From assembly GCA_045588675.1 (NCBI GenBank), contig JAZNER010000071.1:4122-68121 (forward strand): DNA of 64,000 bases, in the 5' to 3' direction. Origin of the DNA: Eubacteriales bacterium (GTDB lineage Bacteria; Bacillota; Clostridia; Oscillospirales; CAG-272). The position numbers and the translations under genes are program-made. Below, piece by piece: positions 29,511-38,811 of the stretch. How positions within the stretch are numbered: position 1 is the first letter of the stretch; the number at the start of each line of letters is the position of its first letter. Under the pieces are notes generated by a model. The model did not search any database, was not told the DNA's origin, and saw nothing but the letters and a program-made list of their open reading frames with translations.

Positions 29511-31328
29511 TTATTTGACAATGTCGGTGCTATTGGCTATCTCCCAATTATCTCCGTCGTTTGCCGTTCCTCTAATCCTGTATTCGACAAGCTTGTTATA
29601 TTTATAGCCGTTGTTTGTTTTGTTTCTATAGACCTCGAACAAAAATCTCCTTACTCTGTCCTCACCCTCAGGAATATCAAAGAAGGAATCTCCTCTCTTT
29701 TTGTCAAGCATTCCCTCAGACTCATAAATCGTCGCCCAAAGCTCGTCCTGCGAAATTTGCGAGCTTGAGGTCTTGAGCGCCATACCGCTCTCTCCGCTCT
29801 TTTTGAACAGCATAGCGGTAACTCGCGTTCCGTCGTCATCGCGTCTGTCCGTTTCGCCAATAAGCTTACTGTCGCTCAGAATTGCGCCGTGGTCGCCTGT
29901 TATTATGATAGTCGCGTCATCATATAAGCCAAGCCTCTTCATTTCATCAATATACTGATAGATAAATTCAAAGGTAAGCTCTATATTTTCAATCGTGCTT
30001 TTTGTAGTATCGTGACAGCCGTACAGATGGATAAAGGTAAACTGTCCTCGGCTCTTGACTGTTGAAAGCCCTGCCTCTGACAAGCGTTCAAGCGACAGAG
30101 AGGTGCTGTTCTCGTCAACTGTGTACATATCGTCGTCGCCCCTGTAGATAGCGTGAGCATTGAAATCGGGAGTGCTGAGATAACCCGCCCAGCTCTTCGC
30201 GACAAAGGGCAAATGAGAGTTGAGCGACAGCCGTATCATATCCCAAGACAGAGCAATTTTGCTGTCTATATAATACATATCGATATCAGATGTGTTAGAA
30301 GCATACTTGGACAGAACAGCTGCATCGTGGTAGGCGTAATTCTTTTCCGTATAGAGATTGATGTTATATCCGCTATTTTTGAGCGTTTGCAAATGTCCGC
30401 CCTTTGAATAAATTTCTTTAAAATTCTGCTCCTTTGATTTTGTCAAATCAGCCTCATATCCCGTAAGAATAGACATAACGGCAGGATAGGTCCTGCAATA
30501 AAGGCTCGTATAATCATCATAGTAGGTAAAGCCGTCGAGCCTATCAAAAAACTCAGGCTGCTCTGCCGCCATTTTTCTGTAATATTTTGCATCGAAGCGG
30601 TCAACTATGAAAAAGACAATATTATTTTTATCTGCAAGCGTGTTAAAATTCTCGTATGTCAGGACGGTTTCATCAAAATCCACTTTTCCTGATTTATCCC
30701 CCTGTGCTTCATCTCCTCTCGCCGTTACGTTTAGATAAACGTCACTTGTTAGAGAAAGCGTAGCAAAGCTGATTATCTGAGCTCCCAAAATAGCGATAAG
30801 CCCAACATTGAAGGCAGTCATTATCGCTTCTATGTGCTTTTTACGAAGAAAAATGACCGCGCATATTATTCCTGCACCGACTGCAAGCCAAATCAAAGCA
30901 TTTATAATTATCACTCCGATTGACGCGCTTGCCGTTCCGACACCGTCGCCCGCTACCGCATTAATTCCAAGATTAAGATAATTTCTCTGCACGAAGAACA
31001 TAAGGCTGAGCCAGACAATCACTCCAGAGGTAATTTCATAGGCTTTGCCGTCAATCAGCATTAAGGATACAAAAATCACAGATGCAAACAGGAGAGAAAA
31101 AATGGCGCAAAGCGCAAAAAAATCGCCGAGCGAAAACAAAAACTCCTGCATATTCGAGTAATATATTTCAAACGGGCCGAAAAAGCAAACCGTCAAGGGC
31201 GCTGTAAGAGAGAGCAAAAGGGCTGGCAATATCTTCTTTTGCACAGAGTATTTACGCTCAGTCCTTTGGGCTTTTTGAGTGCCTTTGCCGTTGTTTTTTA
31301 TAGCCTTGCGAGAGCTTTGGGAACTCAT
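29511..31328 (-). CDS. LTA synthase-family (sulfatase-like) membrane protein
   Basis: 605 aa. It has a multi-TM N-terminal half and an extracellular alkaline-phosphatase-superfamily domain (FFIVDRFD, IIITGDHG). Confidence 0.78.
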   Translation of the reverse strand: MSSQSSRKAIKNNGKGTQKAQRTERKYSVQKKILPALLLSLTAPLTVCFFGPFEIYYSNMQEFLFSLGDFFALCAIFSLLFASVIFVSLMLIDGKAYEITSGVIVWLSLMFFVQRNYLNLGINAVAGDGVGTASASIGVIIINALIWLAVGAGIICAVIFLRKKHIEAIMTAFNVGLIAILGAQIISFATLSLTSDVYLNVTARGDEAQGDKSGKVDFDETVLTYENFNTLADKNNIVFFIVDRFDAKYYRKMAAEQPEFFDRLDGFTYYDDYTSLYCRTYPAVMSILTGYEADLTKSKEQNFKEIYSKGGHLQTLKNSGYNINLYTEKNYAYHDAAVLSKYASNTSDIDMYYIDSKIALSWDMIRLSLNSHLPFVAKSWAGYLSTPDFNAHAIYRGDDDMYTVDENSTSLSLERLSEAGLSTVKSRGQFTFIHLYGCHDTTKSTIENIELTFEFIYQYIDEMKRLGLYDDATIIITGDHGAILSDSKLIGETDRRDDDGTRVTAMLFKKSGESGMALKTSSSQISQDELWATIYESEGMLDKKRGDSFFDIPEGEDRVRRFLFEVYRNKTNNGYKYNKLVEYRIRGTANDGDNWEIANSTDIVK

Positions 31329-31650
31329 TTTTCAAAATCTCCTCAAAAATTAAAATTATATCTGAAATAAAGCACATTATATTTAATAATTATGATACAA
31401 CAACATCTCTCTTTTGTCAAGTGATTATATGTTAATTTTTACCACAGTGATAATTTGTCGAAAAAGATATTTTCCGCATAAAATGTAATAGAAGGTCGAA
31501 AAACAGTAGGCCTTCTGTCCTGAAAAATTTCTGCAAGGATATTTTAATTTTGATGTTTAAACCGCTATGCCTTGCGGCAAAAATATTCCTGTAATCAAAA
31601 GAAACAATCTTGCCGCGGGTGTGGCACAGAGTGGAAAGGAATGTTTTATA

Positions 31651-32106
31651 ATGATGCCGAATATCAGAAGAGGAGATATATTTTATGCCGATTTAAGTCC
31701 CGTTGTGGGCTCTGAGCAAGGCGGCTTGCGTCCGGTACTTATCATACAGAACGACGTTGGAAACCGTTACAGTCCAACGGTAATTGCCGCCGCCATAACC
31801 TCGCGAATGGGTAAAACAAGACTGCCGACTCACATTGACATTTTCGCAGACAGAGTGGGGCTTGCCAAGGATTCGGTTATCTTGCTCGAACAAATAAGAA
31901 CGCTTGACAAGCGCAGGCTTAAAGAAAAAATGGGGCATCTTGACAACGCGGTCATGACACAGGTCAACAACGCAATCGCAGTAAGCTTCGGTCTTGGTAT
32001 TGCCCCCGATTCTTATGTCGGCGAGATGGTCAGCAACAATCAATCGGGAGCAGTCGCCTCAACAGCCGAGCTTACAGGCGATAACGGTGGCTCTCTGCTC
32101 GGATAA
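31651..32106 (+). CDS. mazF: MazF/PemK-family endoribonuclease toxin with a roughly 40-aa C-terminal extension
   Basis: [47 protein letters not shown] is a canonical MazF core. I chose the Met at 31651. Confidence 0.85.
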   Translation: MMPNIRRGDIFYADLSPVVGSEQGGLRPVLIIQNDVGNRYSPTVIAAAITSRMGKTRLPTHIDIFADRVGLAKDSVILLEQIRTLDKRRLKEKMGHLDNAVMTQVNNAIAVSFGLGIAPDSYVGEMVSNNQSGAVASTAELTGDNGGSLLG

Positions 32107-32304
32107 TATATGCTTTTTAATCATTTTTTGCGGAATGATGCTCCTTGTGGGCATTATTCCGCAAAAGTTCGTAAATAAAGAAAAAAGTGAATTTTCTTGT
32201 AAAAATTTTGCTCTTTCTATTGATTTTGGCTAAATTATGTGTTAAAATACTAATGTTAATCAAAATTCAGTAAAAAGACTTTGCTAAGAAAGGTACTAAA
32301 GAAC

Positions 32305-33264
32305 ATGGCACTTGTTACAACAAAAGAAATGTTTAAAAAGGCTTACGAGGGCGGCTACGCTATCGGTGCCTTTAACATCAACAATATGGAAATCGTGCAA
32401 GCCATCACCGAAGCGGCAGGCGAGCTCAATTCTCCCGTTATTCTTCAGGTTTCGGCAGGAGCGCGCAAATATGCAAAGCAGGAATATCTCCTGGCTCTTG
32501 CAAATGCGGCAATCAAGGACAGCGGTGTTGACCTCGCTCTCCACCTTGACCACGGCGCAGATTTTGAGATCTGCAAGGCTTGTATCGACGGTGGCTTTAC
32601 ATCTGTTATGATCGACGGCTCTCATCACTCCTTTGCCGACAATATTGAAGTTACCAAAAAGGTAGTTGAATACGCGCACGAGCGCGGTGTCGTTGTTGAG
32701 GGTGAGCTCGGCGTTCTCGCGGGCGTTGAGGACGATGTAGTTGCAGAGCATTCCTCTTACACCCGTCCCGACGAGGTTGAGGAATTCGTTACAAAGACAG
32801 GCGTTGACTCTCTTGCTATCTCTATCGGTACATCTCACGGAGCATATAAGTTCACTCCCAAGCAGTGCACAAGAAACGAGCAGGGTATTCTTGTTCCACC
32901 CCCACTTCGCTTTGATATTCTTGAAGAAATCGAGAAAAGACTTCCCGCCTTCCCAATCGTTCTTCACGGTGCTTCCTCTGTTCCCCAGGAATGTGTTAAG
33001 GAAATTAACGCTCTCGGCGGCAAGCTCCCCGACGCGGTAGGTATTCCCGAAGAGCAATTGCGCAAGGCCGCTTCTATGGCAGTTTGTAAGATAAATATCG
33101 ACTCGGATATCCGTCTTGCTATGACAGCAGGTATCCGTCGCGTTATGAGCAATCAGCCTGATGTTTTTGACCCCAGAGCATATCTCACGGTAGCGCGTGC
33201 TGAGGTTAAGAAGATGGTTATGCACAAGATCCAGAACGTTCTCGGCTCTGCCAACACTCTTTAA
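32305..33264 (+). CDS. fba: Class II fructose-1,6-bisphosphate aldolase
   Basis: Contains MALVTTKEMFKKAYEGGYAIGAFNINNME, LHLDHG, the DGS motif and GTSHGAYKF. Confidence 0.93.
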   Translation: MALVTTKEMFKKAYEGGYAIGAFNINNMEIVQAITEAAGELNSPVILQVSAGARKYAKQEYLLALANAAIKDSGVDLALHLDHGADFEICKACIDGGFTSVMIDGSHHSFADNIEVTKKVVEYAHERGVVVEGELGVLAGVEDDVVAEHSSYTRPDEVEEFVTKTGVDSLAISIGTSHGAYKFTPKQCTRNEQGILVPPPLRFDILEEIEKRLPAFPIVLHGASSVPQECVKEINALGGKLPDAVGIPEEQLRKAASMAVCKINIDSDIRLAMTAGIRRVMSNQPDVFDPRAYLTVARAEVKKMVMHKIQNVLGSANTL

Positions 33265-33403
33265 TCAGAAGGATAATCCGACAGGACGGCAGATAAGCTC
33301 TCCGCTTTTTATGCAAAAAATTTTCAACCTACAGGCTTTGACTTTCCGCGTCAAAGCCTGAATGTTTATAAAATGTGTTTATAAAAGTTATAAAAGGTTA
33401 TAT

Positions 33404-34156
33404 ATGAAATATTCAGAAAATTATAATATCAGCTGGCACGATACCGATGCCAACAGAGTGGTTGCTGCAAGCAAAATCGTTACATATTTGCAGGAAACGG
33501 CAAATCACCAATGCGAAGGCTCAGGCCTTCCGCTTGACCGTTTGCGCGACGAGAGGGGTCTTGGCTTTATCCTCGCTTCTCTTTCTCTCAAAATATTAAA
33601 GCCCTTGCACGCCTATGAAAAAATTGAGGTTTTGACCTGGTGCCAGCCCTCGCGCGGATACACCTTTAACCGCTATTTTGAAATAAAGCGTGACGGTGAG
33701 CTTGTGGCGATGGCGTCAACGGTATGGGTATTGCTTGACATACATCAGAAAACAATGGTTCGCGCGTCAACTATTGCTGAGTTTGACGGTTGCTTTTACT
33801 ATGACGAGCCGATTTCACCTGACGCCGTGCCCCCAAGAGCCAAAATTGCAAAGGATGCCGAGCTTTGCGAGATTGGTCGGCGCAAAATCGTATATTCGGA
33901 TATTGACTACAATCAGCATATGAATAACACCCGTTATCCCGATATGCTTTGCGATTTTCTACCCGAAATGACGAGCATATCCCCTGCATACCGCATCTCG
34001 TCGCTCTCTCTTTCATATATCAAGGAGTCTGCGCTCGGCGACACGCTGACAGTTTACAGAGGAGAGGCGCGCGAGGACGGAGCTATCCCCCTTCAAACAA
34101 AAAATCAATCGGGTGACATCTGCCTTGAAGCACTTCTCACTCTTGAAGAGGTCTGA
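33404..34156 (+). CDS. Acyl-ACP thioesterase
   Basis: About 250 aa. It has the double hot-dog pattern (SWHDTDANRVV ... DIDYNQHMNNTRY) of the FatA/B-like family. Confidence 0.82.
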   Translation: MKYSENYNISWHDTDANRVVAASKIVTYLQETANHQCEGSGLPLDRLRDERGLGFILASLSLKILKPLHAYEKIEVLTWCQPSRGYTFNRYFEIKRDGELVAMASTVWVLLDIHQKTMVRASTIAEFDGCFYYDEPISPDAVPPRAKIAKDAELCEIGRRKIVYSDIDYNQHMNNTRYPDMLCDFLPEMTSISPAYRISSLSLSYIKESALGDTLTVYRGEAREDGAIPLQTKNQSGDICLEALLTLEEV

Positions 34157-34236
34157 ACATAAAATCGGCTAAATCCTGCGTGACTTACTCTAAATTACAG
34201 TCTTAAAATCAATAGAATATATTACCCGTCAACAGC

Positions 34237-34276
34237 AAAAGGACAGAGAGTGTTTTAGTTCTCTGTCCTCTTTTCT
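34237..34276 (+). terminator. Intrinsic terminator after the thioesterase gene
   Basis: Stem GGACAGAGA/TCTCTGTCC is followed by TCTTTT. Confidence 0.65.
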
Positions 34277-34366
34277 TGACAATTGCTTACTTATTGTTAT
34301 CTAAATTATGAGTTTGTATAATATTTATGTTTTACAAATAATATTTTTTCAAATTCTCAAGCTTTA

Positions 34367-34395
34367 TTGACAAATCGTCAGAAATGTGGTAAAAT
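34367..34395 (+). promoter_or_regulatory. Near-consensus sigma-A promoter with an extended -10
   Basis: TTGACA (34367-34372), a 17-bp spacer, then TGgTAAAAT with the -10 at 34390-34395. Confidence 0.65.
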
Positions 34396-34401
34396 ATACT
34401 C

Positions 34402-34557
34402 GTCACACAACTGCATATGCTACAACCAGTGAAGGGAAAATACTTTTGGTAAAAAGTGTTTTCTCCTTTCCTCATACCTTCACTGGTAGAGCATTTGTGT
34501 GACAACAATTAAGGGAAAGCATTTTTTCGGTGCGTTCCTTTTGGGGCGCACTTTTTT
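34402..34557 (+). ncRNA. Unclassified structured RNA (sRNA or cis-acting leader), about 155 nt from promoter to terminator
   Basis: A long imperfect hairpin spans 34402-34503; its arms GTCACACAA...CCAGTGAAGG and CCTTCACTGG...TTGTGTGAC enclose a second hairpin. A terminator follows at 34530-34557 (GUGCGUUCC-uuuu-GGGGCGCAC plus T6). Confidence 0.45.
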
Positions 34558-34625
34558 ATTCAATAATATTTGCGTTGCGGTGATGTCGCAGAACAAATAT
34601 TGTTATATGCTGATAGGGGGAACAT

Positions 34626-34796
34626 ATGAGAAATGATATTACAAAAAAGGCAATAGACATTACCGGCGTAGAGCTTACACCCGGAGAACCTGCCGTTTGT
34701 CTTGGCAACGGAGAGCGGGGCTTTGAGTGTTGTTGCGACGAGTGCGACTACTATTTGCTTTGTTTCCCCGAATTTGACCCAAAAAGCAAAGAATAA
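34626..34796 (+). CDS. 56-aa Cys-rich micro-protein (hypothetical); too short for the ORF track
   Basis: Hand translation gives MRNDITKKAIDITGVELTPGEPAVCLGNGERGFECCCDECDYYLLCFPEFDPKSKE. AGGGGG lies 5 nt before the ATG, and a terminator follows. Confidence 0.5.
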   Translation: MRNDITKKAIDITGVELTPGEPAVCLGNGERGFECCCDECDYYLLCFPEFDPKSKE

Positions 34797-34854
34797 GACA
34801 AATCATTGCTTTTGTCGATTTCTTAAGGCTTTTTAGTATATCCCGACAGATATA

Positions 34855-34895
34855 AAAAACACTTATGGAAATTTCTTGCCATAAGTGTTTTTTGC
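34855..34895. terminator. Bidirectional intrinsic terminator between convergent genes
   Basis: A 10-bp stem ACACTTATGG/CCATAAGTGT is flanked by A6 and T5. Confidence 0.7.
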
Positions 34896-34964
34896 ATTGC
34901 TTTGTCGTTTGGGTTGATGTCCTTAAGGGTACAAAGCATATGATTTAGCCGATTTTTTGTTTAA

Positions 34965-35852
34965 TTATTCAAATTGAAGCGTATAGAAATTACCTTGGTT
35001 GCCCGAATAGTACATCCTGCCCTCATAAACATCTAAGAGCTCGGGCTCGGCGAAAAGACCGCAATCCTTAAGCTCAAAGTAGAATATCTGTTCCTCTTTT
35101 TCAAGGTCATATATACGGAATTTTGGCGGGAACACAGAGCCAGGTGTCACATAAGTTCCGCCCTCGACCGAATAAAGAAGTCCGTCATAGCAAACCGCTC
35201 CTTGAATAAAGTCGCAATAATCCACATCAAAATATGAAATAATATCCTCTACGCTCAGCACAAGCTCGCGAGCTCCCCATTCTGCATTTAATTCTCCCGA
35301 AGTAAAGCCTGGCATCTTGAATTTGAAGATGCGCATCTTCCTTTCCTGGTCACGAAGAACATATACACAAAGCGTATTTGACTTCTTGTCAAGCACGAAA
35401 TTTCCGTATGGGCGAATATCCCGTCTATCCTCTGAGTACCAGTATTCACTTCCCTTTGCAAAGCCAACTCTTATTACCTGAACAAGCTCTGACGAAAAAA
35501 CAAGGCCATCTCTTGTAATTCTGTAAACACAGCAAATCCCCTCTTTTTTGTCCTCTGCCTTATCATAGGTGTTATATATGTTTGTGTAGAAAAGTGGGAA
35601 TTCATCGCCCTCTTCATAGTATTCGGTGCCAAAGAATACGGCGTTGCTGTGAGGCTTCAATAAATCGACCTTGTCCAGCGTAAGCCTTGAAACCTTTTTG
35701 TAATCACTCATTCTGTAAATGACACAGCTTCCGGATGGACCGAAGCGAAACAAAAATCCGCCCCAAATCGCTCCGTCCTGACCGCCTGGGTCGATATCTG
35801 AAAGCTTTGTCGGCTTAATTGTTTTAGCATTTTCAAAATAAAAGCTGCTCAT
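34965..35852 (-). CDS. Hypothetical protein (295 aa, aromatic-rich, probably all-beta)
   Basis: It is a long ORF with coding-like composition. I recognise no family. Confidence 0.5.
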   Translation of the reverse strand: MSSFYFENAKTIKPTKLSDIDPGGQDGAIWGGFLFRFGPSGSCVIYRMSDYKKVSRLTLDKVDLLKPHSNAVFFGTEYYEEGDEFPLFYTNIYNTYDKAEDKKEGICCVYRITRDGLVFSSELVQVIRVGFAKGSEYWYSEDRRDIRPYGNFVLDKKSNTLCVYVLRDQERKMRIFKFKMPGFTSGELNAEWGARELVLSVEDIISYFDVDYCDFIQGAVCYDGLLYSVEGGTYVTPGSVFPPKFRIYDLEKEEQIFYFELKDCGLFAEPELLDVYEGRMYYSGNQGNFYTLQFE

Positions 35853-35872
35853 TTTCCTATCTCCAATCTGTG

Positions 35873-36253
35873 TCAGTTAAAATATATTTTGCTTTTCATA
35901 GCTTCAAGCATAATAGTTGCACTGCTTGCATTGGTTGCAAGAGGTATGCGCTGAACATCTCCCAGTCGCAAAAGCGCAGAAACATCGGGCTCGTGAGGCT
36001 GAGCTGTCAGCGGGTCGCGCAAGAAAATAATCAGGTCAAGGTCGCCGTTTGCAAGCATTGCACCGATTTGCTGGTCGCCGCCGAGAGGTCCGCTCTTCAT
36101 TCTGTGAATGGCAAGTCCTGTTTCTCCCATTATAAGCGTACCCGTCGTTCCCGTAGCGTAAAGCTCGTGGAGTGCCAGAACATCCTTGTATTTTTTCGCA
36201 AGCTCAATAATCTCGTCCTTCTTCTTATCGTGTGCTATAAGCGCAATCTTCAT
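35873..36253 (-). CDS. mgsA: Methylglyoxal synthase
   Basis: Contains [31 protein letters not shown] and [12 protein letters not shown]. Confidence 0.93.
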   Translation of the reverse strand: MKIALIAHDKKKDEIIELAKKYKDVLALHELYATGTTGTLIMGETGLAIHRMKSGPLGGDQQIGAMLANGDLDLIIFLRDPLTAQPHEPDVSALLRLGDVQRIPLATNASSATIMLEAMKSKIYFN

Positions 36254-36463
36254 AGTAATATCCTACCTTGTTTTTGTTTTGTCAGCATTTAGTCTTTGAC
36301 AAGTATAATTTTATCATATTTTTAAACAAAATTCAATAGATAATGATAATATTTCCAAAATGTTTTTTCGCTTGACAGCAGGCATATGTAAATTTTTTGT
36401 TCTATTATTGTAAAAGCCGAAAAACTATGTTATAATAATTGTATATATATTTTTGAGGTGCAT

Positions 36464-38083
36464 ATGAGTACAAAATTTCTGCAAACAATGAAGGAAACCT
36501 TCTATTCATCGCTGCCTCTTGCTGTGATTATTATTCTCTGCCTGTGCGTGTCGCCGCTTGACAGCGCAGAAGCATATCTGAGAATAATTGTCGGCTACAT
36601 ATCGGTCGTTATCGGTCAAGCGCTCTTTCTTATAGGCCTTGAAACGAGTATCCTGCCGATCGGGCGTATGGTGGGAGGTTCTTTTTCAAAATATAATAAT
36701 CTGTTTTTCATTCTGACCTTTGGCTTTGTTTTCGGCCTGCTCGCAACTGTTGCCGAGCCTGCGCTTGCAGTGCTTGCGCGTCAAATCGGCGGGATTATGC
36801 CTATTGTAAACAGTACCCTGTTTATCTGGATCACAGGCACGGGTATTGGTATCGGCGTGGCGATAGCCCTTATCAGAATTGCAAAAAACATCAATATAAA
36901 AATAGTTTTTGCCGCTTTATACATAATTATATTTATCCTTGTTATCTTCTCTCCCGAGGAGTTTATCGCGCTCGCCTTTGACGGTAGCGGCGCAACGACG
37001 GGAGATGTTTCAGTTCCCTTTATTCTGGCTCTTGGAATTGGTATCTCGACCACCTTTTCAAAGAGCAAAACAAACGACGACTCGCTTGGAATTATCGGCA
37101 TTTCGTCGGCAGGGCCAATCGTTGCCGTATTGCTTTACGGCATCATTTTGAAAGCACGAAGCGGCGGTGTACTGCCGGATGAAAACGAATATCTTATGTC
37201 ATCGGGAAGTGAGCTTGGTGATATTTTGCTTGGAAACATTACAGATGTTGCTCTCGCGGTTCTCCCAATCGTCATAATCTCTATTCCCTTCTTGCTGTTT
37301 CTCATAAAAATCCCACGCCGTGAGTTTACAAAGCTGCTGCTTGGAGTGCTCCCCGTATATATCGGCTTGCTGATTTTCCTGTCGGGAATTGATTACGGAT
37401 TTGCTTTCGTGGGACAGTATATCGGCAAAATCTTTTTCGAAGATTCACGCCCCGAATACTTCCGCTGGCTTTTGCTTGCGGTAGGCTTTATTCTCGGAGC
37501 GGCAATTACGGTTTCAGAGCCTGCCGTTACCGTTCTTGGCTCGCAAATCGAGGAGCTGACCAACGGTCACATTCGCAAGATGACGATTCGTGTCACTCTG
37601 GCACTCGGCATTGGAATTGCCTCTCTGCTTTCGATTTTGAAGATATTGACAGAAATCAACATACTTTATTTTTTAGTTCCCCTGTACTTAATTTCACTTA
37701 TTATGATGAAATTTACCCCGAAGCTCTTTGTCGCTCTTGCCTTTGATTCGGGCGGAGTTACGGGAGGAGCCTTGACCTCAGCATTTCTTACTCCTCTGAC
37801 TCTCAGTATTGCCAGCGCGGTGGCTGAAGCGGGCGGTGGGAAAATGTCGATACTTACAAATGGCTTTGGAATTATATCCTTTATATCGGTAACACCCTTG
37901 ATTGCCATTCAGGCACTTGGAATTATTTACAATATCAACATCAGTCGCGCTAAGGAAGAGGCTCTTGAAGAATCCTTTGACGATTTGGAATGTTATATTG
38001 TTGAATCAGGCGAGGGCGTAAAAACTGAGGCTCTCGAAGATGCGAAGACCTTGACAGAAAGCGAGGACATAAAAAATGGATGA
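36464..38083 (+). CDS. DUF1538-family integral membrane protein, double-length (two homologous halves)
   Basis: About 540 aa and polytopic. Both halves share blocks, for example EPALAVLARQIGG versus EPAVTVLGSQIEE, and AFDGSGATTGDVSVPF versus AFDSGGVTGGALTSAF. Confidence 0.75.
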   Translation: MSTKFLQTMKETFYSSLPLAVIIILCLCVSPLDSAEAYLRIIVGYISVVIGQALFLIGLETSILPIGRMVGGSFSKYNNLFFILTFGFVFGLLATVAEPALAVLARQIGGIMPIVNSTLFIWITGTGIGIGVAIALIRIAKNINIKIVFAALYIIIFILVIFSPEEFIALAFDGSGATTGDVSVPFILALGIGISTTFSKSKTNDDSLGIIGISSAGPIVAVLLYGIILKARSGGVLPDENEYLMSSGSELGDILLGNITDVALAVLPIVIISIPFLLFLIKIPRREFTKLLLGVLPVYIGLLIFLSGIDYGFAFVGQYIGKIFFEDSRPEYFRWLLLAVGFILGAAITVSEPAVTVLGSQIEELTNGHIRKMTIRVTLALGIGIASLLSILKILTEINILYFLVPLYLISLIMMKFTPKLFVALAFDSGGVTGGALTSAFLTPLTLSIASAVAEAGGGKMSILTNGFGIISFISVTPLIAIQALGIIYNINISRAKEEALEESFDDLECYIVESGEGVKTEALEDAKTLTESEDIKNG

Positions 38084-38393
38084 CGGCGCAAAGAAAAAAT
38101 TACAATATTTCGTTCTTATATGCAACCCCAAAAAGCAGGACACATATACCGCGCTCCTCAAGGAGCACGGAGCACGCGGCGTAAGTGCGGTTTACGGTCA
38201 CGGCTCGGCGGCGGTCGGAACTCTGGCTCGCGCCTTTGGCTTTGAGGGCGTGCAGGGAAAAATACTTATTACCTGCCTTCTCCCAAATGAAAACGCGGCG
38301 GAAATGATTGAAATTTTATACCGCGAATACAATTTTGACAAACCGAATACGGGTATTGCCTACTGCGTATCCGTTGAAGGCTTGATGTTTTAA
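38076..38393 (+). CDS. Divergent P-II-like small protein
   Basis: 105 aa. The start overlaps the DUF1538 stop by 8 nt. It has a beta-alpha-beta pattern (YFVLICNPKK...GARGVSAVYGHGS). Confidence 0.55.
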   Translation: MDDGAKKKLQYFVLICNPKKQDTYTALLKEHGARGVSAVYGHGSAAVGTLARAFGFEGVQGKILITCLLPNENAAEMIEILYREYNFDKPNTGIAYCVSVEGLMF

Positions 38394-38487
38394 ATCTGTC
38401 GGCAGCTTATTAAATTTGCCGCCAATAAGCTTTTTAAGCTCAATATTGAATTTTTTGTACCGCGTACGCGGTTGAAAGGAATTGACT

Positions 38488-38811
38488 ATGAAAGAATTAA
38501 AGGCTCTTTATATTATCGTAAACGCGGGATTTGCATCAGAGGTAGTTGATATTGCACGCGCGGCAGGAGCTACAGGCGCAACGATTATCAATGCGCGCGG
38601 CTCGGTCGCCAAGCCACAGACGATTCTCGGCATTACGATCGACACCGAGAAGGAAATCGTGCTTAGCGTTGTTGAAAAAGAGGTTGGTATTAAAATTATG
38701 GAGAATGTCAAGGCAAAGGCAGGCGTTGGAACTGCCGCTCACGGGCTTTGCTTCTTCGTTCCCGTTGAAATGACAACTCTCAATTTCGACGGCAATCAAG
38801 CAGAGCAATAA
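38488..38811 (+). CDS. P-II-family signal transduction protein
   Basis: LYIIVNAGFASEVVDIARAAGATGATIINARGS resembles the P-II fold signature. AAAGGAA lies before the ATG at 38488. Confidence 0.7.
   Translation: MKELKALYIIVNAGFASEVVDIARAAGATGATIINARGSVAKPQTILGITIDTEKEIVLSVVEKEVGIKIMENVKAKAGVGTAAHGLCFFVPVEMTTLNFDGNQAEQ

Noticed and set aside
32130-32162. 12-bp hairpin after mazF (GCGGAATGATGC / GCATTATTCCGC).
   Set aside because: On the + strand the T-run precedes the stem and the A-run follows it, so neither strand has the required downstream U-tract. I did not call it a terminator.
32296-33225. 309-aa minus-strand ORF.
   Set aside because: It lies entirely antisense to the clearly recognisable class II aldolase gene (fba). 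The translated sequence is low-complexity with no motifs, so I treat it as a shadow ORF.
34626-34796. Considered whether the Cys-rich micro-ORF is a SCIFF-type six-cysteine ranthipeptide precursor.
   Set aside because: The sequence lacks the conserved GGCGECQTSCQSACKTSC-like SCIFF core, and no radical SAM maturase is adjacent. I left it as an uncharacterised micro-protein.
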